From Rhizobiaceae bacterium (lineage in GTDB: Bacteria; Pseudomonadota; Alphaproteobacteria; Rhizobiales; Rhizobiaceae), in assembly GCA_020628775.1 (NCBI GenBank), contig JAHDEP010000003.1:1-46229 (forward strand): a stretch of 46,229 bases of DNA, written 5' to 3'. The notes beneath the pieces are model-generated. The model had not been told where the DNA came from and searched no databases. It saw nothing but the letters and a program-made list of their open reading frames with translations. A program made the position numbers and the translations under genes. Shown here one piece after another: positions 10,479 to 20,233 of the stretch. Every line of letters starts with the position of its first letter. Within the stretch, counting starts at the first letter, position 1.

Positions 10479-12398
10479 TTGGGTGTTGTATTGAGTTTTC
10501 AGCCAAAGACAGGTTTAGGTTTTTTAGATGCTATCGCTACGAAAGTAGCAGCAACAGCAAAGCTGTGGCTCGGTGCACGTGATAGTGATGAGAATACCTC
10601 TGATCTAAAGACAATTGATCTAAAGGCAATGAAATTGTTGATCACTTGGTCGCTTGCAGCGCCGATTTTGGTGTTTGCGCTTGCCGCTCAATTGCTCACA
10701 ATCCCAACCGCTATCGCATTGGCTTTGTCTACATCAGGCATCTTTATGTTGAGTTGCGGTATTATATCCAAACAAAAAGATATCAAAAACGCAGGCATCT
10801 TAGCAGTTATCGGTTCCGCTATTGTCATTTCGGTTCTGGTCTCCGCATCGGGCCAAGCAGCGATGCAAATGGCGATGTTGTATTTTGTCATCCCTGCAGA
10901 AGTTTATTTAATCACGAAGCAGCGTCAATCTGTGATCGCTGCGACCTTTGCTTCATTTGTTTTGGGCGCATGCGCGGTTATCATCGCTTCAGTTGGCGCA
11001 AACGAACTTGCGCATTCACAGTTGTTGGGTGCAACAATCATCGTAATGCTGCTTGGCTATGGATTTGCGCGTGTCTTCCATAATGACAATGCATCAATGA
11101 CTAAAGTAGCTGATCAATCAGAACTTGCCGCGGAAACAACATTAGCGCCAGAGCATGCACCAGTGAATGTACCAGTGGTATCTCATAATAAGTTGATTGA
11201 AGATCTACCTGGTTTGGTTACGTGCCACGATGCAAATGGCGATGTAATGAGCGTCCATGGTCAATCGCCTGAAATTTTATCAGCGCGCGCTAGCAACTTG
11301 CTTGGCAAGGGATTTGTCAATCAGGTCCATGTCTCAGATCGCATTCGTTTTATGTCTGCGATTGATAAACTAAGACAAGGGGTTAAATGTGTTTGTGTCG
11401 ATCTGAGATTTGAAACAGGGTTTCATAATACTGCGTCTGATCTGCAATTTACGCATATCCAGGCTAATTTAATCGGTCAATTTAATCACGAGAACGACTT
11501 GGAAAAATTCTATATCCAGTCAATCGACATGACCTCATTGCACAACACCAAAGCGTTGGTTGAACAATATCAAACCGCTGAACGTGATGCTGAAATCAAC
11601 AAGACACGGTTCTTAGCGGGTGTTAGCCATGAGCTGCGTACGCCGCTCAATTCAATTATGGGCTTTGCCGATGTTCTTATTCATGAAGTTATCGCGCCGC
11701 TACCTGATGAACGTCATAAGGAATACGTCTCACTCATTCGGGAATCTGGCGAGCATTTGCTAAATGTCGTCAACACAATGCTTGATATGAGTAAAATCCA
11801 AAATGGACAATACACGCTTTATAGCGAACCATTTGAATTTTCGAGCTTGCTTGATCGCACAAAATCAATGCTCGATATTCAAGCGGGTAAGAAGAAAATT
11901 GAACTAAATTGCCGTACGCAAAAAGGTTTGCAGGAGGTCAAAGCAGACCGCCGCGCCATGCAACAGATCCTGATCAATCTAGTGGGCAATTCAATCAAAT
12001 TCACCGAGGAAAAAGGTGTTGTAACTGTTGATGCGGATATCAAAGGGTCAGAATTTATTCTGAAAGTAAGTGATACCGGCATTGGAATCCCAGCAGATAA
12101 ATTATCTCAAATTGGACAGCCGTTCATGCAGGTAAATTCAAGTCTCGCTCGCCAGTATGAAGGCACAGGACTAGGTATCTCGCTGGTAAAAGGTTTGGTG
12201 GAGCTTCATCACGGACGTTTTGATATCCAGAGCGTTGAAGGTGAGGGCACACAAATCACCATCACAATCCCGCAGTTGGATGAGTTGAAAGATGAGACGC
12301 ATTCAAATGAGGATGCACCTGAAATTAAAGATTTAAACAAGGCCATGCATGATGATGGCCAAGCCGTATATCAGGGGGGTCGCGCAAATGTCGCTTAG
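10479..12398 (+). CDS. divJ: Membrane sensor histidine kinase of the DivJ/PleC (PdhS) family
   Basis: N-terminal TM helices, PAS-like region, H-box FLAGVSHELRTPLNSIMGF, NLVGNSIKFT, DTGIGI, GTGLG. The divJ name rests on recalled synteny with mrp-mucR. TTG start uncertain. Confidence 0.75.
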   Translation: MGVVLSFQPKTGLGFLDAIATKVAATAKLWLGARDSDENTSDLKTIDLKAMKLLITWSLAAPILVFALAAQLLTIPTAIALALSTSGIFMLSCGIISKQKDIKNAGILAVIGSAIVISVLVSASGQAAMQMAMLYFVIPAEVYLITKQRQSVIAATFASFVLGACAVIIASVGANELAHSQLLGATIIVMLLGYGFARVFHNDNASMTKVADQSELAAETTLAPEHAPVNVPVVSHNKLIEDLPGLVTCHDANGDVMSVHGQSPEILSARASNLLGKGFVNQVHVSDRIRFMSAIDKLRQGVKCVCVDLRFETGFHNTASDLQFTHIQANLIGQFNHENDLEKFYIQSIDMTSLHNTKALVEQYQTAERDAEINKTRFLAGVSHELRTPLNSIMGFADVLIHEVIAPLPDERHKEYVSLIRESGEHLLNVVNTMLDMSKIQNGQYTLYSEPFEFSSLLDRTKSMLDIQAGKKKIELNCRTQKGLQEVKADRRAMQQILINLVGNSIKFTEEKGVVTVDADIKGSEFILKVSDTGIGIPADKLSQIGQPFMQVNSSLARQYEGTGLGISLVKGLVELHHGRFDIQSVEGEGTQITITIPQLDELKDETHSNEDAPEIKDLNKAMHDDGQAVYQGGRANVA

Positions 12399-13236
12399 AC
12401 GTAAACCTTCAAAAAAAACAATTGAGAAGCCAAGTGTATTTGCTTCCTTAATGTCTTCCGTCGGAGAGACAATTGTCAAACACCCGTCAATTGTCGGCGG
12501 TGGTACTGCTTTTGTAATCATTTTCAGCTTCATTGCGTCCAATGCGCTTTATTATCAAAAAGGTGCGCACCCGGCGCCGATTTTAAATATGCGCGGGCCA
12601 CAATTTATCGTGTCAGGTTCAACCCGACCAAATGATGATGTGCGTGTAATTAATCCAGATGACGGGGTAAAAACCTTCAAAGTCCGCCACAGCGATGATT
12701 TGCAAACATCGAGCATTAATGTCCCGGTACCAGCACAGCCAGTACGTAAAGAGACAGCGCGTGTCCAAACGGTTAAACCGATTGTTGAAACCGCGACCGT
12801 TGAAAGCGCAATCCAAGGCGATGATCTCGTTCGCAACATTCAGAACGAGCTTGCCAAGCAAAAGCTCTATCTAGACGTTGTTGACGGTTTAACAGGTCCA
12901 AATACATCCAAAGCTGTGCAGAGTTTTCAAGAGCGCGCCGGTTTGACAGTTGATGGTAAGATCACCGAGGCATTGCTTGAAAAGCTGATCGCTTCGAATA
13001 CGCCAAAACAAGTGGCGCGCCTTGAGACAAATACGCAGCAAGCTTCAAATGACCTGGTGCGCAGGATCCAAATTGGCCTATCGCAATCAGCTTATCCGCA
13101 TATTGAAGTGGACGGCATGGCCGGAAAGCAAACTCGTGAAGCTATTGCGCAGTTTGAAAAGCATTACCGATTGCCGGTAACTGGATTGCCCAATCAACAA
13201 GTCCTTGATAAGCTTAAATCAATCGGCGCGTTTTAA
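12388..13236 (+). CDS. Peptidoglycan-binding domain protein
   Basis: One TM, then two PG_binding_1 repeats (VDGLTGPNTSKAVQSFQ..GLTVDG; VDGMAGKQTREAIAQFE..LPVTG). Start moved to ATG 12388. Confidence 0.85.
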   Translation: MSLRRKPSKKTIEKPSVFASLMSSVGETIVKHPSIVGGGTAFVIIFSFIASNALYYQKGAHPAPILNMRGPQFIVSGSTRPNDDVRVINPDDGVKTFKVRHSDDLQTSSINVPVPAQPVRKETARVQTVKPIVETATVESAIQGDDLVRNIQNELAKQKLYLDVVDGLTGPNTSKAVQSFQERAGLTVDGKITEALLEKLIASNTPKQVARLETNTQQASNDLVRRIQIGLSQSAYPHIEVDGMAGKQTREAIAQFEKHYRLPVTGLPNQQVLDKLKSIGAF

Positions 13237-13301
13237 AACCACGAACTTATTTTAGCTAAATCTCCATCGCTTTTTGGTGGCAAGCACCTGAAGACGGATC
13301 A

Positions 13302-13649
13302 ATGCGTATTACTTCTGCAATTTTTGTTGCCAGCTTAACCCGAAGATTATTCTCCGAGGGGCAAATGGCTGCGGTGGAGAAAAAAGGTGCCGAAGAAGCA
13401 GGGGCAATCTTTATTCGTGTTGTAAAACGCGATCGCACGCAGATGCTTTTAAGTCCCGCACCACAATCTTATTTTGAAGAGAAGAGCACGTTTCATATCT
13501 TTGAGGTTCGGCTCAAAGATGCGTCTGAAATGGACGTGAATGAAAAACTCGAGCGCGAGAAGTCATTTGATAATGATATCTGGATCGTTGAGATAGAAAC
13601 CGATACGCCTGAAGCTTATCTTGATATGAGGAATGAAGAAGAGGGCTAG
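13302..13649 (+). CDS. DUF1491 family protein
   Basis: MRITSAIFV..KKGAEEAGAIF..LEREKSFDNDIWIVEIE. Confidence 0.85.
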   Translation: MRITSAIFVASLTRRLFSEGQMAAVEKKGAEEAGAIFIRVVKRDRTQMLLSPAPQSYFEEKSTFHIFEVRLKDASEMDVNEKLEREKSFDNDIWIVEIETDTPEAYLDMRNEEEG

Positions 13650-13650
13650 T

Positions 13651-13682
13651 TCATCCCCGTTTCTAAGTTAAAACGGGAATGA
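13651..13682. terminator. Hairpin between convergent genes
   Basis: TCATcCCCGTTT-ctaagtta-AAACGGGaATGA. Confidence 0.6.
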
Positions 13683-13696
13683 CATATTGTCTTTTC

Positions 13697-15292
13697 TTAG
13701 TCGCCAATCGCTTTTAGCCAATCAGCGTCTTTCGCATCCATTTGTCGTTCTTCTGTCCACATAGGAAGTTGATCATTATTATCAGCAATTGGTGTGATGT
13801 AAGGTAGATCATCCGCTGTTAGCTTCGCATAATCAACATTAGCTTCGCTCAGATCCAGGTCAACCATATGATGCTCACGCGTAATAATGTCTGCACGTAG
13901 CCAAGTGATCAAGCGATTTAGACATTCACCATGCTGCATATTCTCAAGTAGATAGTCAGCACCTTCTTTCGTGCCTTCCATGATGGAAACATGCGGGAAG
14001 AACTTGTTCAATGCATTGATGCAAAGCTCTTGAGGGGCAAGGATTGCATTAAATGTCACCGCAAGTTGGTAGCCTGACATATCATCCATAATGCGTTCAG
14101 CAAGTTCAACACTTGAGCCAATCGCATCAGCCAACGCCGTTGTGAAATACTCAACATGGTTGTTTTCAATATGCTTCTCCATAACAGAGATGTATTTGCG
14201 ATGTGCGATCTCACCTGAATGGATAGGTAGCGTGACAATCGGCGCAGTCATCTCGCCGTCTTCAGTCAATTGTTGAGACTGTTTTGCAAGGATTGTCGCT
14301 TGCTCTGGTGTGAGATCACCTTGTGCAAGTTCACGCAGTGTTTGGCGTAGATATTCTTCAGCGGCAAATTGTTCATCGTTGATTGCTGCAAGATCGCTAT
14401 CAAGTTCACCCTTGTCCGCAGGAGCCATATTTTCAAAGGCTTTGATGCCACCGGCGCTAAATTCGTCGCCCAGTTCCATCCACTGTTCTTGTGTTGATGG
14501 CGCTTCAGCTGAAGTTTCAGATGTAGCATTTGTATCATCGAAGAATTCAACATGCCCTGGGCGAAGGTTGTCTTCAACTTCGGTCCATTGTTCTTTGCTT
14601 GATGCTTTAAGTGCATCCACGTCTTCAAAGAATTCAACGTGTCCTGGGCGAAGATTATCTTCAATCTCGATCCATTCTTCGCTCGAAGCTGTGTCTTCCA
14701 TCTCTTGATTTGATTGCAACTCAACATCGCTGAAGAATTCAACACGGCCGTAATTTTCGGCAGAGCCGTCGATCTCTCCCACTACTTTATGTGAGATGTT
14801 TAAACGGGTCACTGCTTCTTCATCCATATGAATAGCTGCATCGCCAACATACCCGCGGAGCTGAAGTGCGCGGTTCACACTGTCTTCATTTAGCGCAAGA
14901 AGGCTTTGTACAACACGTTTGTTGAGTTCCTGACGTTTAGCAATGATCCTAGCATGCTCAGTATCTGATTTTGCGATGACATAGCAAAGAATAGCATTTG
15001 TTAAGGAAGGTGAGTGCGAAAGAAATGGAGCGGAAATTTCAAGTGGTTGCAATGACAAGAATTCGCAGACATTCGCAGGAACAAATGGGCATCGCGATAA
15101 AGATGAGGACGCGCGTCGCTGGGTTTCAATCGGAGCAGCGTTGAAAAGAGGGATGAAAAGTTCGCCAAATTTTCGCGATTCAGCCGGGTTCGGTTTCCGT
15201 AAATCGTCCAAACTGGCTACCAAAGCTAATAGGATTGCTGATTTTCGCTGATCTTCGCCAGCAGATTCCAAATCTCTAAAACAATACGACAT
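13697..15292 (-). CDS. DUF2336-like protein with an acidic repeat insertion
   Basis: FGELFIPLF..RRASSSLSRCPFVP..PLEISAPFLSHSPSL..HARIIAKR pattern. Likely start ATG 15292; ORF-track TTG at 15346 is possible. Confidence 0.72.
   Translation of the reverse strand: MSYCFRDLESAGEDQRKSAILLALVASLDDLRKPNPAESRKFGELFIPLFNAAPIETQRRASSSLSRCPFVPANVCEFLSLQPLEISAPFLSHSPSLTNAILCYVIAKSDTEHARIIAKRQELNKRVVQSLLALNEDSVNRALQLRGYVGDAAIHMDEEAVTRLNISHKVVGEIDGSAENYGRVEFFSDVELQSNQEMEDTASSEEWIEIEDNLRPGHVEFFEDVDALKASSKEQWTEVEDNLRPGHVEFFDDTNATSETSAEAPSTQEQWMELGDEFSAGGIKAFENMAPADKGELDSDLAAINDEQFAAEEYLRQTLRELAQGDLTPEQATILAKQSQQLTEDGEMTAPIVTLPIHSGEIAHRKYISVMEKHIENNHVEYFTTALADAIGSSVELAERIMDDMSGYQLAVTFNAILAPQELCINALNKFFPHVSIMEGTKEGADYLLENMQHGECLNRLITWLRADIITREHHMVDLDLSEANVDYAKLTADDLPYITPIADNNDQLPMWTEERQMDAKDADWLKAIGD
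14430..14760 (-). repeat. Intragenic degenerate tandem repeat (~29-35 aa unit)
   Basis: AAGAATTCAAC recurs at 14541, 14628 and 14733 (spacing 87 and 105 nt); protein W.E.EDNLRPGHVEFF x2 plus degenerate copies. Confidence 0.85.
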
Positions 15293-15460
15293 TTCACTCA
15301 AACTCTCATACTCGAACTCATATTTCGGTAAGAAAACCTTCGCCAAACATCAAAAAAGCAAAGGATTGTCCCCGAAATCCCAAATGTGATCAACTTTCTT
15401 TGAAAAAAACGTGTCTTAGACTTGATTGTTGATCCCACTGTCTCAGATTATAGTGAAAGT

Positions 15461-15477
15461 GTTAGCGTTTCATTAAC
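15461..15477. promoter_or_regulatory. Putative CtrA site in a divergent promoter region
   Basis: gTTAG-cgtttca-TTAAC; on the minus strand TTAA-N7-CTAAC. Confidence 0.55.
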
Positions 15478-15554
15478 TATGAACCTGCTTAATAATAATA
15501 TGTAAAAAGGATGAAATTTAACCCGCGTACATCCGTCACCCAATGGAGACGAGA

Positions 15555-15743
15555 ATGGCAGAAATTATAAGATTACTAGACTACGAACCCGTCGCACGGC
15601 CAGAAGGTTTTAGACCATCAAAGCCAGCAGACATCTTGTTTTTTACAGGTGTTCGTTATGAAAAAGCTCCGAAAAAGAAGAAGTCTCGGAAGCCAGCTAA
15701 ATCGAATAATCAGACGCGAAAAGTCAAACGTAGCGGTGTTTGA
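15555..15743 (+). CDS. Small basic hypothetical protein (62 aa)
   Basis: GGAG RBS before ATG 15555; ADILFFTGVRYE core and Lys/Arg-rich tail. Confidence 0.7.
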   Translation: MAEIIRLLDYEPVARPEGFRPSKPADILFFTGVRYEKAPKKKKSRKPAKSNNQTRKVKRSGV

Positions 15744-15792
15744 TAGCTGTCACGAACAAATTACTGATTAAGCTGATACGTAAAATCAGCGG

Positions 15793-16332
15793 TTAAAGTC
15801 GCGCGCACAAAGCATTTGATAAGAAGTCTTGAGCTTCTGCCAGAGAACTAATACTCGGCACAATTGATCTTAGCGCAACATATCCTTCAACATCCCCAAC
15901 TTCGATAGCAATTGTTTCGGCAATCAGCTCTGGTTCTTCGCTGCGCAAGTTCAACAGCTGGCCCTTAGTTCCTAAAATGAAGTTCACTTCGCCATTAATC
16001 GCGGATCGAGCACTCATTGAGAAAATCTCATTTGAGCCTGTATCAAAAGCGGCCAATGTCCACATTTCAGTTGGATTATTTGCAACGATCTGCAATGGAC
16101 CTTCGTCAAGTATGTAATAGCACACGGCCGTTTGGATGAAGATATCTTCGTTATATAATCCGCTATCATTAGGTTCATTTGCTAATGGGAAAAACTCAAA
16201 CGGTTCGCCAAGATTTTCAACTTTGCTCCAGGCATCAACATTTGAGTTAAATGGCAAAATCAATATCAATAAAATATGCAGTACGGCAGCGCCGACAAGG
16301 CCAGTGATCATGGCAAGGAGAAACTTAAGCAT
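15793..16332 (-). CDS. DUF1254-like membrane-anchored protein
   Basis: GLVGAAVLHILLILILP..AVCYY.L..GP; overlaps the upstream gene; start moved to ATG 16332. Confidence 0.7.
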   Translation of the reverse strand: MLKFLLAMITGLVGAAVLHILLILILPFNSNVDAWSKVENLGEPFEFFPLANEPNDSGLYNEDIFIQTAVCYYILDEGPLQIVANNPTEMWTLAAFDTGSNEIFSMSARSAINGEVNFILGTKGQLLNLRSEEPELIAETIAIEVGDVEGYVALRSIVPSISSLAEAQDFLSNALCARL

Positions 16333-16912
16333 TGACGCATTCTCCTTTGATAATTTTTGGCATCTCCAACGCGCGAATGCCGGACACATTTGATATCGGT
16401 GTATCAACCAATGTCAGTTGCAGTTCAAATTCTGAATTTGGATCAATGGCAAGCCAATTTCCCGGTTGAGGATTTTGCGATAGCTTGATCTCAATATTCC
16501 CCTCACTATCACGCAGAACTTTCTGCGCATTGATGGTGCTTGGTCTACCCTGGGGAATGTTGAGCGGTTCGTTATCTGGATGGACTGTCCGCAAAGTCCA
16601 AAATAGAGCAGGGGGCACTCGGCCTTTAAGCGTATAATCGCATGTGCGCACTAATGGTTCTTCGTTTTGGTCAACCTGTGCACGGAACACCAAACCTTCA
16701 GCACGTCCAAGCAAAATCTTGCCATCATTTGCACGGTGCGCCCGCGCATAGGGATCCGCATCTTTTGTTTGAATTTGAGGGTAAGCGACCCAATTGTTCA
16801 CTTGCAATCCGCCAAATCCGCGTGTTGCATCTAATGCCCATTGTGCTGAATAAATTCCACCCAAAAACATAATGACCAAAGCGGTGCCGACCAAAAACGG
16901 AATACGTAACAC
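16325..16912 (-). CDS. DUF1214 domain protein
   Basis: ADPYARA..LGRAEGL.F..CDY.L.G.VPPA.FWTL..PGNWL. Confidence 0.78.
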   Translation of the reverse strand: MLRIPFLVGTALVIMFLGGIYSAQWALDATRGFGGLQVNNWVAYPQIQTKDADPYARAHRANDGKILLGRAEGLVFRAQVDQNEEPLVRTCDYTLKGRVPPALFWTLRTVHPDNEPLNIPQGRPSTINAQKVLRDSEGNIEIKLSQNPQPGNWLAIDPNSEFELQLTLVDTPISNVSGIRALEMPKIIKGECVNA

Positions 16913-16933
16913 TGATTTCAGCCTTTCGGTGGT

Positions 16934-19090
16934 CTATTGTGTGATATTGGTGACGGCTGGATTTGTTTCCAACTTAGCCAAATTATCTCGTGACGTTTCT
17001 AAAACTTTTGCAAGTTCTCTGAGTGCTTGTGTTGCCTGGCGGTTTAACAAGCGTGTGCGAGATGGAAGTGATACTTGGCTGATCCCACCTTCTGCTTCAG
17101 CAATTAATGGACCGAATGTTTCTTCAGGAAGCGCATCTTCAATTCCCGGAATTGCTCGTAGCTCAATGCCTTGGTGAGCATATTCCATAACTTTCTTGAA
17201 CGTCATTGCAGGGAGTGAACCACCTGTCATACGCGCTGTTGTGGTGAAATCATCATTGCCAAACCACACAGCCGTTGTGAAGTTACCCGTATATCCAACA
17301 AACCATCCATCGCGATAAGATTGCGTTGTTCCGGTTTTCCCAGCTGTTTTAATACCTTCAAGTTTTGCTCTGCGCCCCGTACCCCATTCAGGGATTTGCA
17401 CCATGATTTCGTTCATAGCGGCTGCCGCCTCTTCGGTAAGAACTTGCTTTGGCTCAGGGCTATCTTTTGCGTGATCGTAAAGCACATCACCTGAATAATT
17501 CATCACCTGCACGATGCCATGACGATTGGAATGCTTGCCGCCTGCCGGGAAAACGGCATAGCCTGTTGCCTGATCAAGTACGGTCACTTCAGACGTGCCA
17601 AGTGGCATAGTTTTTTCAGCACGAACGGTTGACTGGATACCCATCGCACGAGCTTTTTCCGCAATTTTATCTGTGCCCAAATGATCGCGCGCTAATCGCA
17701 CCGGGATGGTGTTAACTGATTTAACCAAAGCGCGGGTTAAATCCATGCGGCCTGAATAACTGCGCCCATAATTTCGAGGGGACCAGCCGCGCCAAGTAAT
17801 TGGACCATCAGAAATTCTCGATTGTGGCGTGAAACCCGTTTCCATGGCTAATGCATAAACATAAGGCTTGAACGATGAACCTGGTTGACGCAAAGCGCTT
17901 GTTGCGCGGTTAAACTGGCTGCGACCATAGTCTTGCCCACCGACCATTGCGCGTACGGCGCCGCCGTGTTCCAAAACAACCGCAGCACCCTGACCAACAC
18001 GATATCTGCGACCAAATTCACGCAAACCCTGTTCGACGGCTAATTCAGCTGCGCTTTGTAAACCCAGATCGATCGTCGTGCGCACCACTACAGCGGTTTC
18101 ATCAAAGTTCACAGATAAACGTTTGACTTCATCAAAGGCCCAATCGAGGAAGAAGTCCGGGCTTTCAACATCACCGCGGTCAACAACAGTCGCTGGGCTT
18201 CTGCGCGCACCAACTACTTGCCCTTCCGTCATCATGCCACCCTGCACAAGGTTGGTCAGGACTTCATTTGCACGCGCGCGCGCTGCGGGCAGATTAACAT
18301 GTGGTGCATATTTCGCTGGCGCTTTGAACAAGCCTGCAAGCATTGCAGATTCTGCGAGCGTCACATCGGTGATATCTTTACCAAAGTAAAATTGTGCTGC
18401 AGCGGATGCGCCAAATGTGCCGCCGCCCATATAAGCGCGGTCCAGATAAAGCTGAAGAATTTCGTTTTTTGAGAGGTTCGCTTCAAGCCATAACGCAAGA
18501 AACGCTTCTCGGATTTTACGTTCTAATGTGCGCTCGCTGGAAAGGAAAATTAGTTTTGCCAATTGCTGAGTGAGCGTTGAACCACCCTGAACAACTGAGT
18601 TAGCGCGCGCATTTTCAGCCATCGCGCGGGCAAGGCCGATAAAATCAATGCCAAAATGCTGATAAAAGCGTCGATCTTCCGTTGCTAGAACTGTTTGGAT
18701 CAAATGTTCTGGCAATTGGTCAACGGGTAACGATTCTTCGCGAATATTGCCGCGATTACCGATCTCATTGCCATAACGATCTAAAAACGTAACAGAGAAT
18801 TCATCCTGCGCGCGCCAGTTACCTTCGGTCATTTCGAAGGAAGGCAGCGCCAATGCAAGCAATAATACAAAACCGGCTGTCCCAACATTGGCAGCTTCAT
18901 CGACAACTTCAACAAGTGCTTTTTTAAAACCGGTGACGCGGAATTTGTGGAAAAAGATCGAAAGATTTTCCCAGGTTTCACCTAAATTGCGAAACGAATG
19001 CCAGATGGTTGAATCAATCCAACTATCAAGACGCAAAAAGAAGTATTTCAAGCGCCGCATAAAACCTGGTTTTTCATTCATTTCTGACAT
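16934..19090 (-). CDS. Class A penicillin-binding protein (PBP1A family, transglycosylase/transpeptidase)
   Basis: EDRRFYQHFGID, QGGSTLTQQLAK, RKIRE; RQPGSSFKP (SxxK), SVN, KTG. Confidence 0.95.
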   Translation of the reverse strand: MSEMNEKPGFMRRLKYFFLRLDSWIDSTIWHSFRNLGETWENLSIFFHKFRVTGFKKALVEVVDEAANVGTAGFVLLLALALPSFEMTEGNWRAQDEFSVTFLDRYGNEIGNRGNIREESLPVDQLPEHLIQTVLATEDRRFYQHFGIDFIGLARAMAENARANSVVQGGSTLTQQLAKLIFLSSERTLERKIREAFLALWLEANLSKNEILQLYLDRAYMGGGTFGASAAAQFYFGKDITDVTLAESAMLAGLFKAPAKYAPHVNLPAARARANEVLTNLVQGGMMTEGQVVGARRSPATVVDRGDVESPDFFLDWAFDEVKRLSVNFDETAVVVRTTIDLGLQSAAELAVEQGLREFGRRYRVGQGAAVVLEHGGAVRAMVGGQDYGRSQFNRATSALRQPGSSFKPYVYALAMETGFTPQSRISDGPITWRGWSPRNYGRSYSGRMDLTRALVKSVNTIPVRLARDHLGTDKIAEKARAMGIQSTVRAEKTMPLGTSEVTVLDQATGYAVFPAGGKHSNRHGIVQVMNYSGDVLYDHAKDSPEPKQVLTEEAAAAMNEIMVQIPEWGTGRRAKLEGIKTAGKTGTTQSYRDGWFVGYTGNFTTAVWFGNDDFTTTARMTGGSLPAMTFKKVMEYAHQGIELRAIPGIEDALPEETFGPLIAEAEGGISQVSLPSRTRLLNRQATQALRELAKVLETSRDNLAKLETNPAVTNITQ

Positions 19091-19346
19091 GCATCGTCCA
19101 AAGTTAGACGGCTCTAAAGGTGCATGATTGCTACGAAAATGCCCCTATTTCGTAACTTAGCTACGACCCCGATAAAACCGCATCTTGATATTGTATCTTA
19201 TATAACGTCAGCGTCAGAGCTTTTTGCAGTATTTTTACCAAAAGGACAAGCAAAAATCGTTACCAATTCGTCTCATTTGTGCAACAAGGGGAATGAAATA
19301 CAATGGAATTTTTGCTCAATTCCAAGAAATGCGTGAGAGACTTGAA

Positions 19347-19811
19347 ATGACGGACCAGCCATTTTGGCAAACAAAGTCACTTGATGAGATGACAAATGAG
19401 GAATGGGAATCACTTTGCGACGGGTGTGGGCGATGCTGTTTGAACAAATTGGAAGACTGGGAAACTGGTGAAATTGCGTTCACAAATGTAGCCTGCACAT
19501 TGCTGGATGATCAGACATGTCGATGTAAGGATTACGCAAACCGGCAGAAAAAAGTATCCGATTGCGTGCAACTCACACCCAAAGAAGCACGTGAATTACC
19601 TTGGCTGCCTCCAACCTGTGCTTATCGGCTTGTTGCTGAAGGACGCAATTTATATTGGTGGCATCCGCTTGTCTCACATGACCCTGAAACCGTTCACCAA
19701 GCGGGTGTTTCAGTGCAAAACAAGACTGTTCCAGAAGACGGAATGGACGCGGAAGACTATGAAGACCACATCGTATACTGGCCAGGTTACGAATATATTT
19801 CCGATAAATAG
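19347..19811 (+). CDS. YcgN (UPF0260) cysteine-cluster protein
   Basis: [36 protein letters not shown]; start moved to ATG 19347. Confidence 0.92.
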   Translation: MTDQPFWQTKSLDEMTNEEWESLCDGCGRCCLNKLEDWETGEIAFTNVACTLLDDQTCRCKDYANRQKKVSDCVQLTPKEARELPWLPPTCAYRLVAEGRNLYWWHPLVSHDPETVHQAGVSVQNKTVPEDGMDAEDYEDHIVYWPGYEYISDK

Positions 19812-19851
19812 GAAAATAATCCTTGACCAAGGAAAGGTTGTTTGTTAGAAA
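19808..19851 (+). promoter_or_regulatory. Putative GTA cluster promoter with a palindromic site abutting -35
   Basis: ATAGGAAAATAATCCT (19808-19823), then TTGACC (19823)-N17-TAGAAA (19846). Confidence 0.5.
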
Positions 19852-19957
19852 GCAGATAACATCTATAAATTGTATTTAATTATGTTGCAATTTTTGATTG
19901 ATGTGCTGATGTTCTTAAATCAACCTTGTTAAAACATACCAGAAATCGTTTAACCAT

Positions 19958-20233
19958 ATGACAAGTGATCATTCAGAAACACTTGTGCAGCTTGGCCATG
20001 CACGCAAGATTTTGCAATCTCAATTAACGCACGCTGAGTTTGACGACAAACTTACAGATAGTTCGATAAACACAATCTCTCTCATCGTAAGGACGCTTGA
20101 GAAGATTGATCAATTGTCGCGCGCTCTTTTAAAGGACCAAAAAACAGCCGATGAGGAGTTGTCAGAAGAAGACTTTGAAAAGCTCAAAGAAAAAGTTGAA
20201 CACCTCCTCAAACAAGCAAGTCAGAGCCGATAA
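19958..20233 (+). CDS. Probable GTA small terminase (g1)
   Basis: 91-aa helical protein (ISLIVRTLEKIDQL) immediately upstream of and overlapping the large terminase. Confidence 0.65.
   Translation: MTSDHSETLVQLGHARKILQSQLTHAEFDDKLTDSSINTISLIVRTLEKIDQLSRALLKDQKTADEELSEEDFEKLKEKVEHLLKQASQSR

Noticed and set aside
14430-14760. Repeats as a possible CRISPR array
   Set aside because: In-frame, degenerate, protein-coding repeats with no cas genes nearby.
19132-19154. TACGAAA..TTTCGTA inverted repeat in the PBP1A/YcgN divergent region
   Set aside because: Only 7-bp arms, single copy, no assignable regulator.
20128-20134. T TTA AAG slippery heptamer in terS as a route to a terS-terL fusion
   Set aside because: A -1 shift enters a frame that stops at TGA within nine codons; terL is in the +1 frame.
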